64,000 bases of DNA from Phoronis australis. Taxonomy: Eukaryota; Animalia; Phoronida. The stretch is from NCBI GenBank assembly GCA_002633005.1, contig NMRA01000561.1:181860-245859 (forward strand). The letters run 5' to 3'. A program made the position numbers and the translations under genes. Shown here piece by piece: positions 13,601 through 27,100 of this stretch. Numbering within the stretch: the first letter of the stretch is position 1; every line of letters starts with the position of its first letter. Below the pieces are notes generated by a model. It was not told the DNA's origin. It saw only the letters and a program-made list of their open reading frames with translations, and made no database searches.

Positions 13601-14654
13601 ATATGTATTCACAGTACACATTAATATAAATGACCTCAATGACAAAATGACAGTGGCTCACCTGTAAATTAACCGGAGTCGTATACCGTATCTATTCGAT
13701 CACTCTGCACTCGATATGATGAGAACAGGGTTAAGTTCCGCAGGCGCTGAGAATCTCGTGAGCAAAGCTAATGTTGATCACGTGCTTCGCTTATGATGAA
13801 TGTCAATATCTCGTAAAGACAAGCTTGATCTTGCTTTTTCGCGAGTGTATTGCGTCTGAGGAACGGCCCTAAGTGTCATATATATAGCAATGAGAGTTCC
13901 AAAGAAAGTTTAATCTAGAATAAAAAGCATCAACTTGAACGCGCTTTGCCGTTTGACCAAGAGTGGCAAGATGTCCCCATCAGATGCACACATGCCATTA
14001 CCCTGGTCGTGAGCGCTCATTGGTTAAAAGAAGGTTGGGGTTTAGTTTTAGCAAGGAGTGTAAAAGTACTTCTACATTCCTTGGTTCTAGTCAAACCTGA
14101 TTGGTCCATACTGTATAGGCTCAACCGAAACGCCATGTGAATTCGAGAATGGTCGTTGACAGGGATTGGTACGGTATCAGCGTTGATCTAATTAATTGTA
14201 ATTTGTCAATCAATTGCACGTATACCATGATGCCGGCATCGCCACAGGGAGCATTAAAGCATTAGATGAGGGTAATGTGAATGTTGCCACCCACATCTAT
14301 ATGAATTTTTATTTATATATAAATGACCTCCATAGATATCAGCAACTATTGTAGTCAGCATTTTAATCGTATCTTTACACGTCAGCAATGACGCAGCAAA
14401 ACAAGTGTTTACACGTCATTACGGGTCATATAAGTACATCTTTATTTAATTTCACGACGCCTTGTGTCTACTAAATAATACGACATGCAAATCAATTGAA
14501 GCACTGATCTATTTGGTTGGGATATTGTTCGGAACACTTTAACGATTAAACATACCACCCCCCTGTTCCATTCACTTGATGTCAGCAATCGTGTATCGTT
14601 TACCGTATCCGTAACCCAAGTAGTAGACTACTATTTGCTAGTAATAGTGAAGTA

Positions 14655-14663
14655 ATAATAATA

Positions 14664-14714
<51 letters not shown>

Positions 14715-14800
14715 GTGAGAATAATAATAATAATGATAATACTGATAACAATAATGATTATCATTATTATTATTTTAATATCATTGTTATTATTATATTA
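14655..14800. repeat. (GAT)n/(AAT)n microsatellite tract
   Basis: Directly visible. Confidence 0.9.
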
Positions 14801-14974
14801 TTGGGTATAGTACAAGCAGTCATAGTAGCAGGTCTCACCAAACTAAGACGCAGATCCATGGTCCTATCGATTGAAGGAGGCCTACTACTACAAATAGTAG
14901 TAGTTGTGGTAGTGGTGGTAGAAATTTTCAGAGGGGATCAGTCTTTAAGCATAGTCGTAGTAATAGTAGTAGCA

Positions 14975-15865
14975 GTATGGCAGCTGTAGCTGTAGTACTA
15001 CTATTACTACTGATAACTGTAGTAGCTAATGGCAGCAGTTACTGTACATGTATAGTACTACTATTACTACTAATAACTGAAGTAGATAATGGCAGCAGGT
15101 ACTGTAGTACTACTATTACTGCTAATAACTGTAGTAGCTAATGGCAGCAGTTACTGTACATGTATAGTACTACTATTACTACTAATAACTGAAGTAGATA
15201 ATGGCAGCAGGTACTGTAGTACTACTATTACTGCTAATAACTGTAGTAGCTAATGGCAGCAGTTACTGTACATGTATAGTACTACTATTACTACTAATAA
15301 CTGAAGTAGATAATGGCAGCAGGTACTGTAGTACTACTATTACTGCTAATAACTGTAGTAGCTAATGGCAGCAGTTACTGTACATGTATAGTACTACTAT
15401 TACTACTAATAACTGAAGTAGATAATGGCAGCAGGTACTGTAGTACTACTATTACTGCTAATAACTGTAGTAGCTAATGGCAGCAATTACTGTATTGGAC
15501 TACTATTACTACTAATAACTGTAGTAGCTAATGGCAGCAGTTACTGTACATGTATAGTACTACTATTACTACTAATAACTGAAGTAGATAATGGCAGCAG
15601 GTACTGTAGTACTACTATTACTGCTAATAACTGTAGTAGCTAATGGCAGCAATTACTGTATTGGACTACTATTACTACTAATAACTGTAGTAGCTAATGG
15701 CAGCAGTTACTGTATAGGACTACTATTACTACTAATAACTGTAGTAGCTAATGGCACCTGTAGCTGTAGTACTAATATTACTACTAATAACTCTAGTAAC
15801 TAATGGCAGCAGTTACTGTATAGTACTACTATTACTACTACATGTAATAACTGTAGTAGCTAATG
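14975..15865. repeat. Minisatellite with alternating 60/52-bp units (112-bp higher-order repeat) and 54-bp variants
   Basis: ATGGCAGC anchors at 15029, 15089, 15141, 15201, 15253, 15313, 15365, 15425, 15477, 15531, 15591, 15643. Confidence 0.92.
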
Positions 15866-18800
15866 GTATCAAGTGAGAATCACAGTAACATTAATTAGAG
15901 ATGTTACAAGTCAGAGGCTCCCTTCCTTAAGATATAACTCTCTCTGGCAAGGGAAAATGTGCTTCAAAACAATTTATCCACACGAGCCCGTAGCAGCTGA
16001 ACGACAACTACTATGAAGGCATCACTTGGCGCCTTTTCATGTTGTTAAGATTACAAGCATTCGCGCACGCAGCCTAAGAAGTGGGGAGCTCGAATTTTTG
16101 AAAATGTGGACCTTTTACTAAAAGAAAAAGATTCTCGGGATACGTTCTGAGCCATTAATTGTGCATTCGCCGAATTTTAGTATTTACTGCTTTTTTGGTG
16201 GAGTTTTCTACTTTTTCGGATTTATTTTTTCTCTGAGGAGGATCTTTTTGCCCACTTCGCCAAATAGTTCCATTCTTTTTGGAGAGGCCTTCGGATGATG
16301 GAATAAGTTTTCATAGTGTCCTCGTCTTTTAAAATTACACTATACTTCATTGGTTGCTAAGAGTTTCTGTCTATGAAGATCAATAGCTCCTTACCCTCTA
16401 CATTTCATGTGGTCCTCACTATGCACCATTCTGTTTTCCATGCTCTTGCTTAAGTAAACTTATAATGCTGTATTTTTTGTTAAAAGTTCCCAAACATTTT
16501 GACTGTCTCACGAATTGCTAGTTGAAAAATGTATTCCGTGATGATCGTAGTTACTCATTTTGACCAACTGCTGTTAGTCTTACCTTTTATTGCATGAGTT
16601 GAGAAATCAAGTACAAGTATTAACATATACATGTACCTCGACTTGTTTTAATTTGTTTGCGCCTGCAGAAGTTCATCGAATCTGTTACGCTGAAGGTCAA
16701 TTTAACACGAAAGTAGCGAAAGGTGTAACTGCTATGAATGTAATGGCAGTTTCAAATCCATCTCTTCGCTTCAAGTAGATATAAATCAGTCCTGCGTCAA
16801 CTAAAAGTATGTTTTATTTAGATCACTTACTAACTTATCTCAATTTGTTCATTACTTGATAAAAGAGGATTTCTGGGTTACAAAATGCGACTCGTCGTTG
16901 TTTGGGAGCAGGCTCAAAACTGGTTGATGGCGGCGGGCGCAGAGAATTGTCTCAAGCATCAATATACGACCAGTTCCTTACAATCCCAGAAAGCACTTCA
17001 CGTCTGCACAAGGGACACGCTGGGCTCAGTTTTACAGTGGCAAAGAAATTGCGTCTTTGACGGAACCCGGGCTTGGGCAAGCTTTATATGTAAATAGTTA
17101 ATTGTTTATAGACAGTTTGTCAAAAAACTCGAACAATAGTTTTAGGATTTGCTTTATTTAGAAATAATTATTACTTAGTTATTTGTTAGCTTAAATAATG
17201 AGGCATTTAACTCAGGGGTGAATTATTTATAAATACACTCGCAAAACAATTTCGCAACATTCGTACCACATAAACAATGTACTTGACATGTTGAGTTTGC
17301 GGCATTGTCGCTCAACTTTGATAACACACAAAATATAGTGTGCAGACCTTTCGAACATTTAGTCAGTTAAGCTTATTTCTTCAAAATAGTATTTCATCAC
17401 CGTGCATTAGCATGGGCTTTGGACAATCATTAGTTAAATCGTTGACCTCGCTGGAAAAGTAAATGAAGAAAACGTATTTCGATGCTTAAGACTCCGTTTT
17501 GGTGCTGTTGCCTAAAACTGAATTTTACTGTTCCGCGAGTAATAACTTATGAGAGAAAACCCCGAATTTATCTAAAAATCGATTGAGCCACGAAGTACTT
17601 TCTGTGGTTTGACACTTGGAAAAGAAAGCGCTAACAAAATTTTCAGCCAATGAAGGAAAAATCCATGCAAATACGTAGTTTTGTATAGTAAATCTGCGTA
17701 CAGAGGCCTTCCCATAACAATAAGAACAAAACTTTAACCTTGTTTTGTATAAGCATTGAACAACACTGTTTTTTCACAGCATATCAGCACTTTCTTTCAA
17801 GGGACACACAGCTACGTTTCCCATCAACACAATTTGACTCTTCAAGATTTACACAGACAACACAGTTTAATGGCACTATACATTATATTCAATGAAATGA
17901 CAACTGACAAAGAATCTCATTGACTTTAAAGGCACTTAGTGGAAAATCAGCGCTTGCATATGCTTTGCAGTATGAAAAACAAAATGAAAACCAGGACACT
18001 TACAACTATGGAATCCATCTGGAAAATTCCATTACACAGACTCAATTTCCGTTACCAGGAAGAATTTCTGAGCATTTATGAGTAGAACTACTTGAAAGAA
18101 CCATAGCATTGACAAGCACTTCCAAAATTTGACATATCTATAAGTTATCTCAAAATACCAACTGAAAAACGATGAAACAGGTATAACTGTGGCATTTGAA
18201 CTTTAATGCATAAAATAGTTCGGTAAGCTTAATTAGCATATTTTTTGGGTTTGCATTCAAGCATTAAGCAGGTACATGTGAAGCTAAAGCTGTATGTAAT
18301 CTCATGAACTCAGAAACATTGCCTGTCAATTCAAGAAAAGAATACACATGAAAGCACAAGTCATTTCATATAGTACCACATGACTACAAACTTGTCACAG
18401 CAAGGAGATATAAATAGACATTGTTTCATGGACAAATGTCACCTCATTCACCAACAATTGCAATAGCAATAAGTGATTATTATGAAACAAAAGGAATAAA
18501 ATAAACTTATGTGAGCAAACTGCTTTCAACAGATGTCACGATAAAAGAATACAGTTTTGCTAATAAAATTTAAAAATATCAGAATATGAATCTTTTAAAT
18601 ATTTTAAAAAATATTCATTGCTAATTTGCAAACCACCCGGGACACAGCACAGATGACAACACGTCATCTATGAGGTTTCAAGGTTAATCAACAATTATGT
18701 TACACAGTACGCAAATCATGTAACTTAAAAATTACGTAACATCTCATTAATAAGTTCACAAAATACTGTCATCACCAACATGACTACATGTAATGAAAAT

Positions 18801-18934
18801 TTAAAATCTCATCTTGAAACGACGTTACCCTGACAGGTCTACAAACAAAACTTCTGTACATAATGTGAAATAAATTCATCATCTTATTTATTGACTAAAA
18901 TTGACTAAAATATTTATATCAAAATAAACACAGA

Positions 18935-19019
18935 AAAATCAGGAACCCCAACAAGGAATCGATTCACAGGTCTCAAAAGTGCAGGTCTGGTGCTCTTACC
19001 ACTGAGCTACAGAGGATCC
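18935..19019 (-). pseudogene. tRNA-derived element (SINE head or tRNA pseudogene) downstream of the SAXO-like stop codon
   Basis: Minus strand TGTAGCTCAGTGGTAAGAGCACCAGACCTGCAC...GAATCGATTCC...TTTTT. The A-box/D-arm is intact; the T-arm and anticodon stem are degenerate. Confidence 0.55.
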
Positions 19020-19174
19020 AATATCTGTGCAACTACTGTTTGCAGCCAACCGTTATGTCATCCATCCCATGAGTGGAATTTCGCCTTTTTCACACAATAT
19101 TTGGACAATTATATAATCAGTAACATACCATACCAAATCTCACTTTACAAAATATTTCAAAATAAGCTTGTTTT

Positions 19175-22100
19175 TCAATTCGCTTCGACTCTGTTTTGAG
19201 CCCTTGATGACTGAAATTCTCTAAACTGCTTCCTCAGTTCCTGTTTCATTAAATAGACTTGTGCTTTACACATGGGAATTTCCACGGGCTTGTACGTTTC
19301 CCTATTTACTGTACGGAAATCCTGCTCCCCAGAATTCTGTATTGGCTTTTCCTCAGGTTTATACAACTTCACTGGTTCTGCCTTCTTTGGGGTAAAAGTA
19401 GTCCGTGTCGTAGAGCTAATGTCATACTTTCCCATAGGCGGAACATACTTGTGAGCCTCATGAAAGTCACCATGTCTGACCCTAGGGTCAGCGCGTGACC
19501 CCCAGTTCTGGTGTAGTTCTTTGTAAGTTGTGCGACCATCAAATTTGGGCAGGTCATCAGAGTAACGCGTGGGCTGGATTTTGGCCTTGGGTATAAATGC
19601 TTCATTTATATCGTGTGGTTTGAAGTCATTCTACAATCAAAATGAAAAAGCTTTGCAGTTCAATGTGTTAAGCCATCGCAAAAACACTTCTCTTTGCCAA
19701 TGTTTAATATTGATTTTTACTCTTTAATTAATACAGACCTTGTTTCAAAACACAAGGGTATCATGAATATTACATCATTTTTAACAGTGAATGTCAATTA
19801 AAATGCAATGCACAGGATCACCACAAATAAGGGAATTAGTTCAGTAGCTATAAGGAAGTTCTGACGTAATTATTACAGTAAACATTAAAAATTATCCAGT
19901 TTGGGAAACTGAAAAATAATTATTCTGCTCAAGGCCGGAGCTCGTACCAAATTTTAGAAACAGGCAATGTTGGCTGTTCCAAGTGCATAAAATCACGAGA
20001 ACGATAAACTTTGTTTTGCCAGTCAATTTCCACAATTTTATCTCAGACTGTGCTGATGCGAAATGCAGTGTCCAATATTTAAAAAAATGCTGAATGCCAA
20101 ATTACGTATGTCCCAATCTTGAGAATCAAGAAAATTGAATTTTGGCTTGAATTTCAGTGTGACAGTCCAAACCAGAGAATATATTTTACTGTAAGGTTCA
20201 AAAAATGACTTATCAATTGAAACATTTTTTTCTGAAAACTATTTGGGTTGAATTCAAATTACACATGCAGTTCTCTGGCAGATCTAGGACATTTGCGACG
20301 TCCCTAAACAATTGGTATGCATGGCCATTTTAGCATGGACTCCTCATTCTGCTAAGAGTCTGAAGTTCCGCGTCCCGTAAGTTGGGGTAGGTTACAGGAG
20401 ACGCTCAGATTACAAGTTTGCAGCGATTGTGTTCATGAATGTGCCTGAGCATTTGGTTATTTCAACTGTTTCATTTCTCTCGTTTAATTTTGAAAGTTAA
20501 TTATAAATTACCTTATGTTAACCACAACGGTATAATGTTTTTGGTCAAAATTGACTCACATTTGCCATACATTAATGTGTACAATTCCAAAATTGTTCCC
20601 TTTAACAACAGCACTGTCTGTGGCTTGGCATAGAGAAAGAGTCATCACTCTGAGTCGAGTTACCAGTTGTGTATACAAACTGGGCACTAGTATATCCTAA
20701 TCAACCTACCCTTGTGGAGTGAGTTCAGAGCCTAGTGGGCATCAGATGTGACTCCCCTAAATGTGCAGTTAAAAATTTAGCTGTTTTGCTGCAACTGTAG
20801 CAGATCATCTGCCTTAGAGAACCACAGTGCCAAATTTTCTATTATTTTATATTACTTTAGGTGATCCTACCTGAGTTAGAGTGAGGCAGTCCAGCGGGAC
20901 AGTGGGCTTCTGGAACTCTTCTGATGTCGGGTTGAAAGGTTTAGGGACAGGGTTAGAATTAACATCGTGACCTGGGAATCGACTTCTCTGCTCAGTGCTG
21001 AAGTAAGTCCTGAAAATGAGCTTGCTTTAGCAATATGTGATTATGAACAGAAGAGCTAATTGCAAAGAACTTGAATTATGGTTCAACCAAAAAGTTAATT
21101 TTTGAAGTTAAGTGCTATGAAAGCATAGTACTCTATATAGACAAAAAGTAAAAATTCCCTTTGCCCATGTTTGGTTGAAACAGAGAGGTTTAATTTTCGA
21201 AACATGTATTCAGGCAGTTTTATAATATTTTAAAAGATTATTGCAATTTTCAGGTTAAAAATCACAACTTGATGATTTATCATTCTAGTATAACAGATTG
21301 GACTTGCTATATTATGTCTGCAAATGTTTAAAAATAAAACAACTATTACTATTCACAATAATAACAATGATAATGACAATAATAATGACTATGATAATAA
21401 TAATGATGTTACAATGCCAGCAATACTTACTTCCTGTCATGACCAATCTCAATAGTTTCAGGTGCAGGTGCAATGGGTCGCGCACGTTGGATGGACTTGG
21501 CTGCATAGTCAACCTGGGTTTGAGTTTTGCCTGTGCTCTTGGCTCGCCGGTTGGGGTTTAACTGTGGCTTGCGGACAAGCTGCATAGCTGGTGAAGCTTT
21601 ATCTCCCTTGTAAGTGGCTCTGTTTGTTGTTAAAAGATCCATATTGCCTGTAGAACAGATGGATATATGATCATAGACAAGTGTTGTTTGCCTAGAGATT
21701 GAAAATAGCACACAAGCTAAGGGGGGCAAAATGACTTAGTTTTTGCCAATCTTGCTGATAGATTTTGGAACAAGAGATGCCCGTAATTACCAAAAAGTTA
21801 TTTACCTCATAGTTTAGCATTTGTGAGATTAAAAGTTTCAGAGATCGTAGGAATGTATTGAACTGAACTTCCTCAATCAATAACATCATTGAAAGCAAGA
21901 ATGAAACAACAACAGACAATATCAACAATTTCATAAAATCTCACCCTCGAGTTTAATATTTCCTTCATAAATCTTCACAGGCTCCTTCTTTGGAGCATAG
22001 GCTCCTGGAAATGAATGCTGTGTCACAGATTGTAGTTTGCTTGGTTTCTCAGGGTACAGGATGGAACCTGTGAAGCTTGGTAATTCTCTGAATGTAATCT

Positions 22101-25100
22101 TTGGCTGATGAACCCACTGTTTGAAGTATTCTTTGTTTGTGGTTCTACCATCAAACTTGGAAGATGTTGCTCTCAGATACCTTGAAAATAGGACAAATGA
22201 TTAGTAATGGTCACTCACAAGGGCCCCGGACCATGAATACCTGTTTCCAATGCTGAATACTTGGTATAGAACTAAACTCCAGGTCTCATTAAGTGATTGA
22301 TGAATGTAAAACCAAGAGAAAAAGTTTCAGTGGAATGGTAATCTGCTATAAATCCAAGCTAAATTATTCCATGCAAATCAAGAGACCACTATTTGAGCCA
22401 TTTTTTAATTTTGACTTTTTAACAATATATTTATATTTTGTAACTATCCCATAATAACTGCCTGCAAAATGAAATAATTGTAAAGCTCTAGTATCAAATT
22501 TATCCAAATTAAATTAGATAAAATTTCAACCAACACATTCAGTCCATCATAAAGGGGTCATAAAATGCATCGCATAAATTTTTCTAGACTGTGATTAATA
22601 TACAATTCTTCATTTTCATAAAACCTTTGTTTTCTAACCTTTTAGCAAGAAAATCTTAAGAAAGTGACACTGGGTTTATTTTCAGATGAAAGCAACAGAG
22701 CTTGAAAAACTCAGAAATTAAAAACCTTAGTGTGTTTCATAATATTTACCTGTTTTGGGTCATAGGGCGCGCTGCTGCTTCTTGGTTTGGTAATGGCTTA
22801 AGGGTGAACTCTTGGGCGTAATAACTGACTCCTTCAAGTGGCAGCCGGTCTGGGACATATTCATCATTCTGTTAAGGACAAGCATGACAATTTTAACAAT
22901 ATACCGTGTTGAAGTATTATAGTGTCAAAGCCTGTATACTCTGATTTTCACTTCATACCACAATGCTTTTAACTGACCCACACGACCATATCTTTTTGTA
23001 AAATTTAGTAAAAAAGAAATGCACGATCATAGCAGAGCAACAGTATCAATAATCCGACGTAAACTATTAAAATGAAATCTCAGAAATTATCTTACATTCT
23101 TCAAAAAATATTTTATTTTATGAAGTTTGATTTTTTATAGGTCCACATGCAAATGTAGAACTTGTTAGGCTAACAGTATTTTGGAAAATAATGCATTGAG
23201 CACAGTATGTAAAAAATTCTTATGAATTCATCCAGCCATTATGACTGAGACATGACGTTCAATAGTTCACCTACTGTTAATATTTTCAAGAGTACTACAT
23301 CACCTCAAGTATTTACAGTGGGGACCACTTCAAAAGTAACCATCCATTGTCACAATAAATAATATTGGGCCAGTATTGAAATTGGGTACCATTTAAGAAA
23401 TCTAACCATTGACCACGGCAGATACATAATACATTATAGTGTAATGTGTATCAATTCCAGTTAGCACTCCAGGATTTAATGATCTTGAAATAAAACTTCA
23501 GCAAATAATAATTCAAAATAACCAAACAAGCCACAGAGCAATTTCTTTTATTAGTACAAAATATATGTACTTTGAACAGATTTATTCCGAGAAGTAGTAA
23601 ACATAAAGCAATTAATTTTTCCACTTTCTGATATACAAGTTGGCTCTTTATTTATACATCAACAAAAAGTAATTATTTGCTCGATCATAATGCTTCAGGC
23701 AAAATATTCTACACAGACCATTATCACTTAAAATGTGCACAAATTTTTGATAAAAAATGAACTTTACTTACATGATCATAAAATTTGTCTCTGATGGTTG
23801 AAAGGTCAACATTATTATTAACATGTGAAAAATAATGAAAGCTAATACTTCTATTCTTTCAATGATTACAGTTACGATGATAATGATGCCAATAATAATA
23901 ATGATGATAATAATGATAACAAGGACAGTAACTGCATGAAAAATACCTCAGTTTAGGACTCATAGTTTCGTTAAATGGGATTTCATTTTTGGCACACTAA
24001 GTCTGAACAAAAATAATTTTAAGAAAACTTTACTTAGTTGTATGGTTTGCAAAATCTAGCAAAAATAGAAAGTGTCAATTCAGCAACAATTTTTACAATA
24101 ATTTATTTTTTACACTAATAAATTAACTTGTCCTTACTACCTTGATAAATGGCTTTTCTCTCTCCACGTAGCCGTTATCTTTAAAATCAGACCTCTGTAC
24201 AGTATTAAACATCATGGGAGGTGGGTGAGGATCTCTTGGACTTGGCAGTGGACGCTTGCTGGATCGTGGTCGAGTGTCTCCGGGTCTGAATGTGCGCTGA
24301 TAATCAGATAACATTGGTTCTGTAGGTCTTTTGTGGATTGGAATACTCTTCAACATATTTCTTTTGGAAGTCTTGAGGTTCTTATGACGCCTATAAATAT
24401 TGAATGCAAGTGTTAGCTAATGTCAACACTGTATCAAACCGTAGAAAGCGCGTCCAAACACTACATATGTCATTTCTTATACAAAAAATCTAGAAATATT
24501 CTAGATTCATTATTTAGAGAAGAGGTTAAGCCTCAGCTTGTCTACCACATGTGGTCCTCTCAATAAACAAGAGTAAGGTAAAATATTAATAATTAAAAAT
24601 AAATAAAAATAATTTTAAGATGAGATACATATATGAGAATGACTAAGAGCAATAAAATGATACAAAGACGGCAGAAATCATAAACGGAGTGAATTAATTG
24701 CATGTGGAGAATTTCTTGCTTACACTGGTGACTGTCTCTGAGTCCCTAAGCCCCAGACAACTTTTACCATGCCTATTCAGCACGCCCTTTGTATTGATGT
24801 AGTTCTGAGCTAATGAAGTACGTGGAAAGGTAATTGCTAACATTACTGTCTCAACAATGGCTGTTGTTAGTAACCCCAATTTGGTTTTCTCTGACATTTG
24901 CAGAGTTATAGCCTGCAACTCTGGAGAGTAGTTTTAACTTGGTACATTATAAATATTACAAAATGACTAAAAAGGTTAACTTGTGTTTATCTTCAGAAAG
25001 GGTCACTTCCCAAAGGAACGATAAGTTTCATATTGGTTTTCTTTACTTAATTTTTAATGCATCTACCCACTTGTTTTTTTTTTCTTACCGGGAACGGGTT

Positions 25101-26386
25101 GATAACTTTTTATCTAAGTTTTGAACTTGAAGTTCCAAAACTGGTAGATTTTGATCACCAGCTAAACTTAATTAGTTAAGTTCATTGTGATCCCATATCT
25201 AAACTTACTACATTACAGGTACACTAAACATTTCACGAGTCATTAAACTTTAATCTTTATTAGAACTCAAATCATAAGATATATACAAAAGTGCAAATTT
25301 GGTGATAACCAAACTGAAGATTTAGAATCTCTGGACAATTTTGGTGGCACTGACTATATATAACTATTCTAGCTCTTTATCAGTAATAAAAAATGAAAAG
25401 TGATGGGCACAACAACTGTTTCCTGGTCAAAAATCTGGTTAAACGAGATTGAAAGAATATTAAAAAATGAACCCATGTGATATTGTTTACTCTGATCAGC
25501 GTTTGTATATCCACCGAGTATATCAATACGCGTGGTAGTAGTATTTTCAATCGTACGCAATGGAATTGTTGCTTTTAGATTATGAGTTCATCGATTTTTA
25601 AAAATCAAAAACTGCACTTGGTTGTTTTTTACCACCTGTGGTGTTCGTTTACAACAAAAATTAGTGGTTAATGCATTTTGAAAATTCGCCATTATGTACA
25701 GTCAGAGATGTTTAATACAGTTTATGGTCGGATAATTACATTTAATTGGGTCTTGCTCGCATCAGGCAATGCGGTCATCACAGTTGTACCTGATTCCGGC
25801 ACTGTGCTCTTTTTGATCCTGGTACAAGCAGCTTAGAAGGACGAGCAGCGAAAATTCCCGCATATCTTCAGAAATGTGTGATAGTGTATTCACGGTACGG
25901 GTAGCAATTCCAACTCATCAAACAAGTGATGTTTAATCTTTAATGTTAAGGGACATGATAGGTAATTGCTACCGAAAAACTAATTTTTGTGATTCTGTGC
26001 TGAAACTGGCCTCTGAAAAATCACACCTCTTCTTGTTGATAATGTCCTTTTCAAAGCAGTATAAAGCAAACTCGTATAATGCTGCGCAGATTCATTACGG
26101 CAGCATTGTTACAACTGCAGAAACACAAGTGATAAGTACTGATATATATCCCTGACGAGAGTAAAAATTACTCAGGGTTTCACTGGCTCTGAACAAACGA
26201 GACTCTAAAAATCACCACTCTACAACTCAGAGTTGCCAGGAACAATGAGTGAACTGACGAGTTGACGAGATTCGAGAATTCCCAAGAAACTTACCCACAG
26301 TCACACAGTTCCCCAATGTCACAATTATCCGGCAGCTCCTCCATCATCCTCAGTGTATTTTCATCAATTCCGCGATCTACTGCCAT
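19175..26386 (-). CDS. Stabilizer of axonemal microtubules (SAXO/FAM154-like) microtubule inner protein, ~502 aa, 7 exons
   Basis: Exons 26386-26295, 24390-24141, 22868-22750, 22180-21945, 21647-21431, 21009-20871, 19630-19175 splice into one 1509-nt ORF. N-terminal CDIGELCDCGRH matches the SAXO C-x-C-E-x-C-x-C-G-R-H motif. Repeated Mn-like motifs: FNTVQRSDFK, FDGRTTNKEYFK, FDGRTTYKELH, FRTVNRETYK. Confidence 0.88.
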
Positions 26387-26670
26387 GGTCTCGTGGTTTG
26401 TGTGGGTCTCAATATCACAAACTTGTAAGACAACGGCGGTGTGTAAGATTACGTACTCGAGACAAATCGATGGAATTAATTGATTAAGAAGTTAGTGGAA
26501 ATCTATCAGGCTTGTTAAGAAGTTATCACATCAAGCTGTCAGCGGTGCTTATTCAGTCAACGTTTCTTGCCTAGATCCAAACGAGTAGTGTCAATTTACC
26601 CGAACGTAAATCACAAGTTGAAAACTATAGTACACGTTTCTATGTACATTGGCCTAAGACCCCTAGTGAT

Positions 26671-26683
26671 GGTTTATGGCAAC
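26671..26683. promoter_or_regulatory. Candidate RFX X-box in the SAXO/VPS26C bidirectional promoter
   Basis: GGTTTATGGCAAC (reverse GTTGCCATAAACC), ~285 bp upstream of the SAXO ATG. RFX factors are established regulators of cilia genes. Confidence 0.45.
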
Positions 26684-27100
26684 CGACTGTTTAATTACCC
26701 TCCCTCCAACTGGTGTTCGTAAAATGCATTATTCGATAAAAATATTTTCTGTTTGAGATTTCATAACATAGAAGCAAAACATGTGAACTTAGTACCCTTT
26801 CAAGACTTTCAAAACTGCTAATAAAAGAAAATAATGCAAAGCATTCTTTTTCAGAGGGAAGCTGTGCAATAGAAATGTTTTGCAACGCTAGCGCTCCAAG
26901 CGGTGCCTGCATTTCGTGCTTATAACAATTAAAACAATTTTATAGTCTATATTTCTACTAATGAAGGCATACAGTTTTAAATTTCCCGTTAGTTTTCATG
27001 CTGAAAATAACATTAACACTTACAATTTTCTTTTTTTCGAGTGCTTCTACATTTGTTTTTCTGTTGTTTTAGGAGGTTGACCTACTTTAGAAAAACGGAT

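Noticed and set aside
15425-15803. Signal-peptide-like repeated ORFs (MAAGTVVLLLLLITVVANG)
   Set aside because: Translation of the TAC/TAG-rich minisatellite, with frames broken by units that are not multiples of 3.
16200-16500. Possible RTE-type LINE 3' remnant
   Set aside because: Only scattered residues match across several frameshifts; not supportable without a search.
26150-26180. CTGACGAG-stem-loop resembling a hammerhead ribozyme core
   Set aside because: No GAAA follows stem II and stems I/III are not evident. Other CTGANGA sites I checked by eye also lacked a full core.
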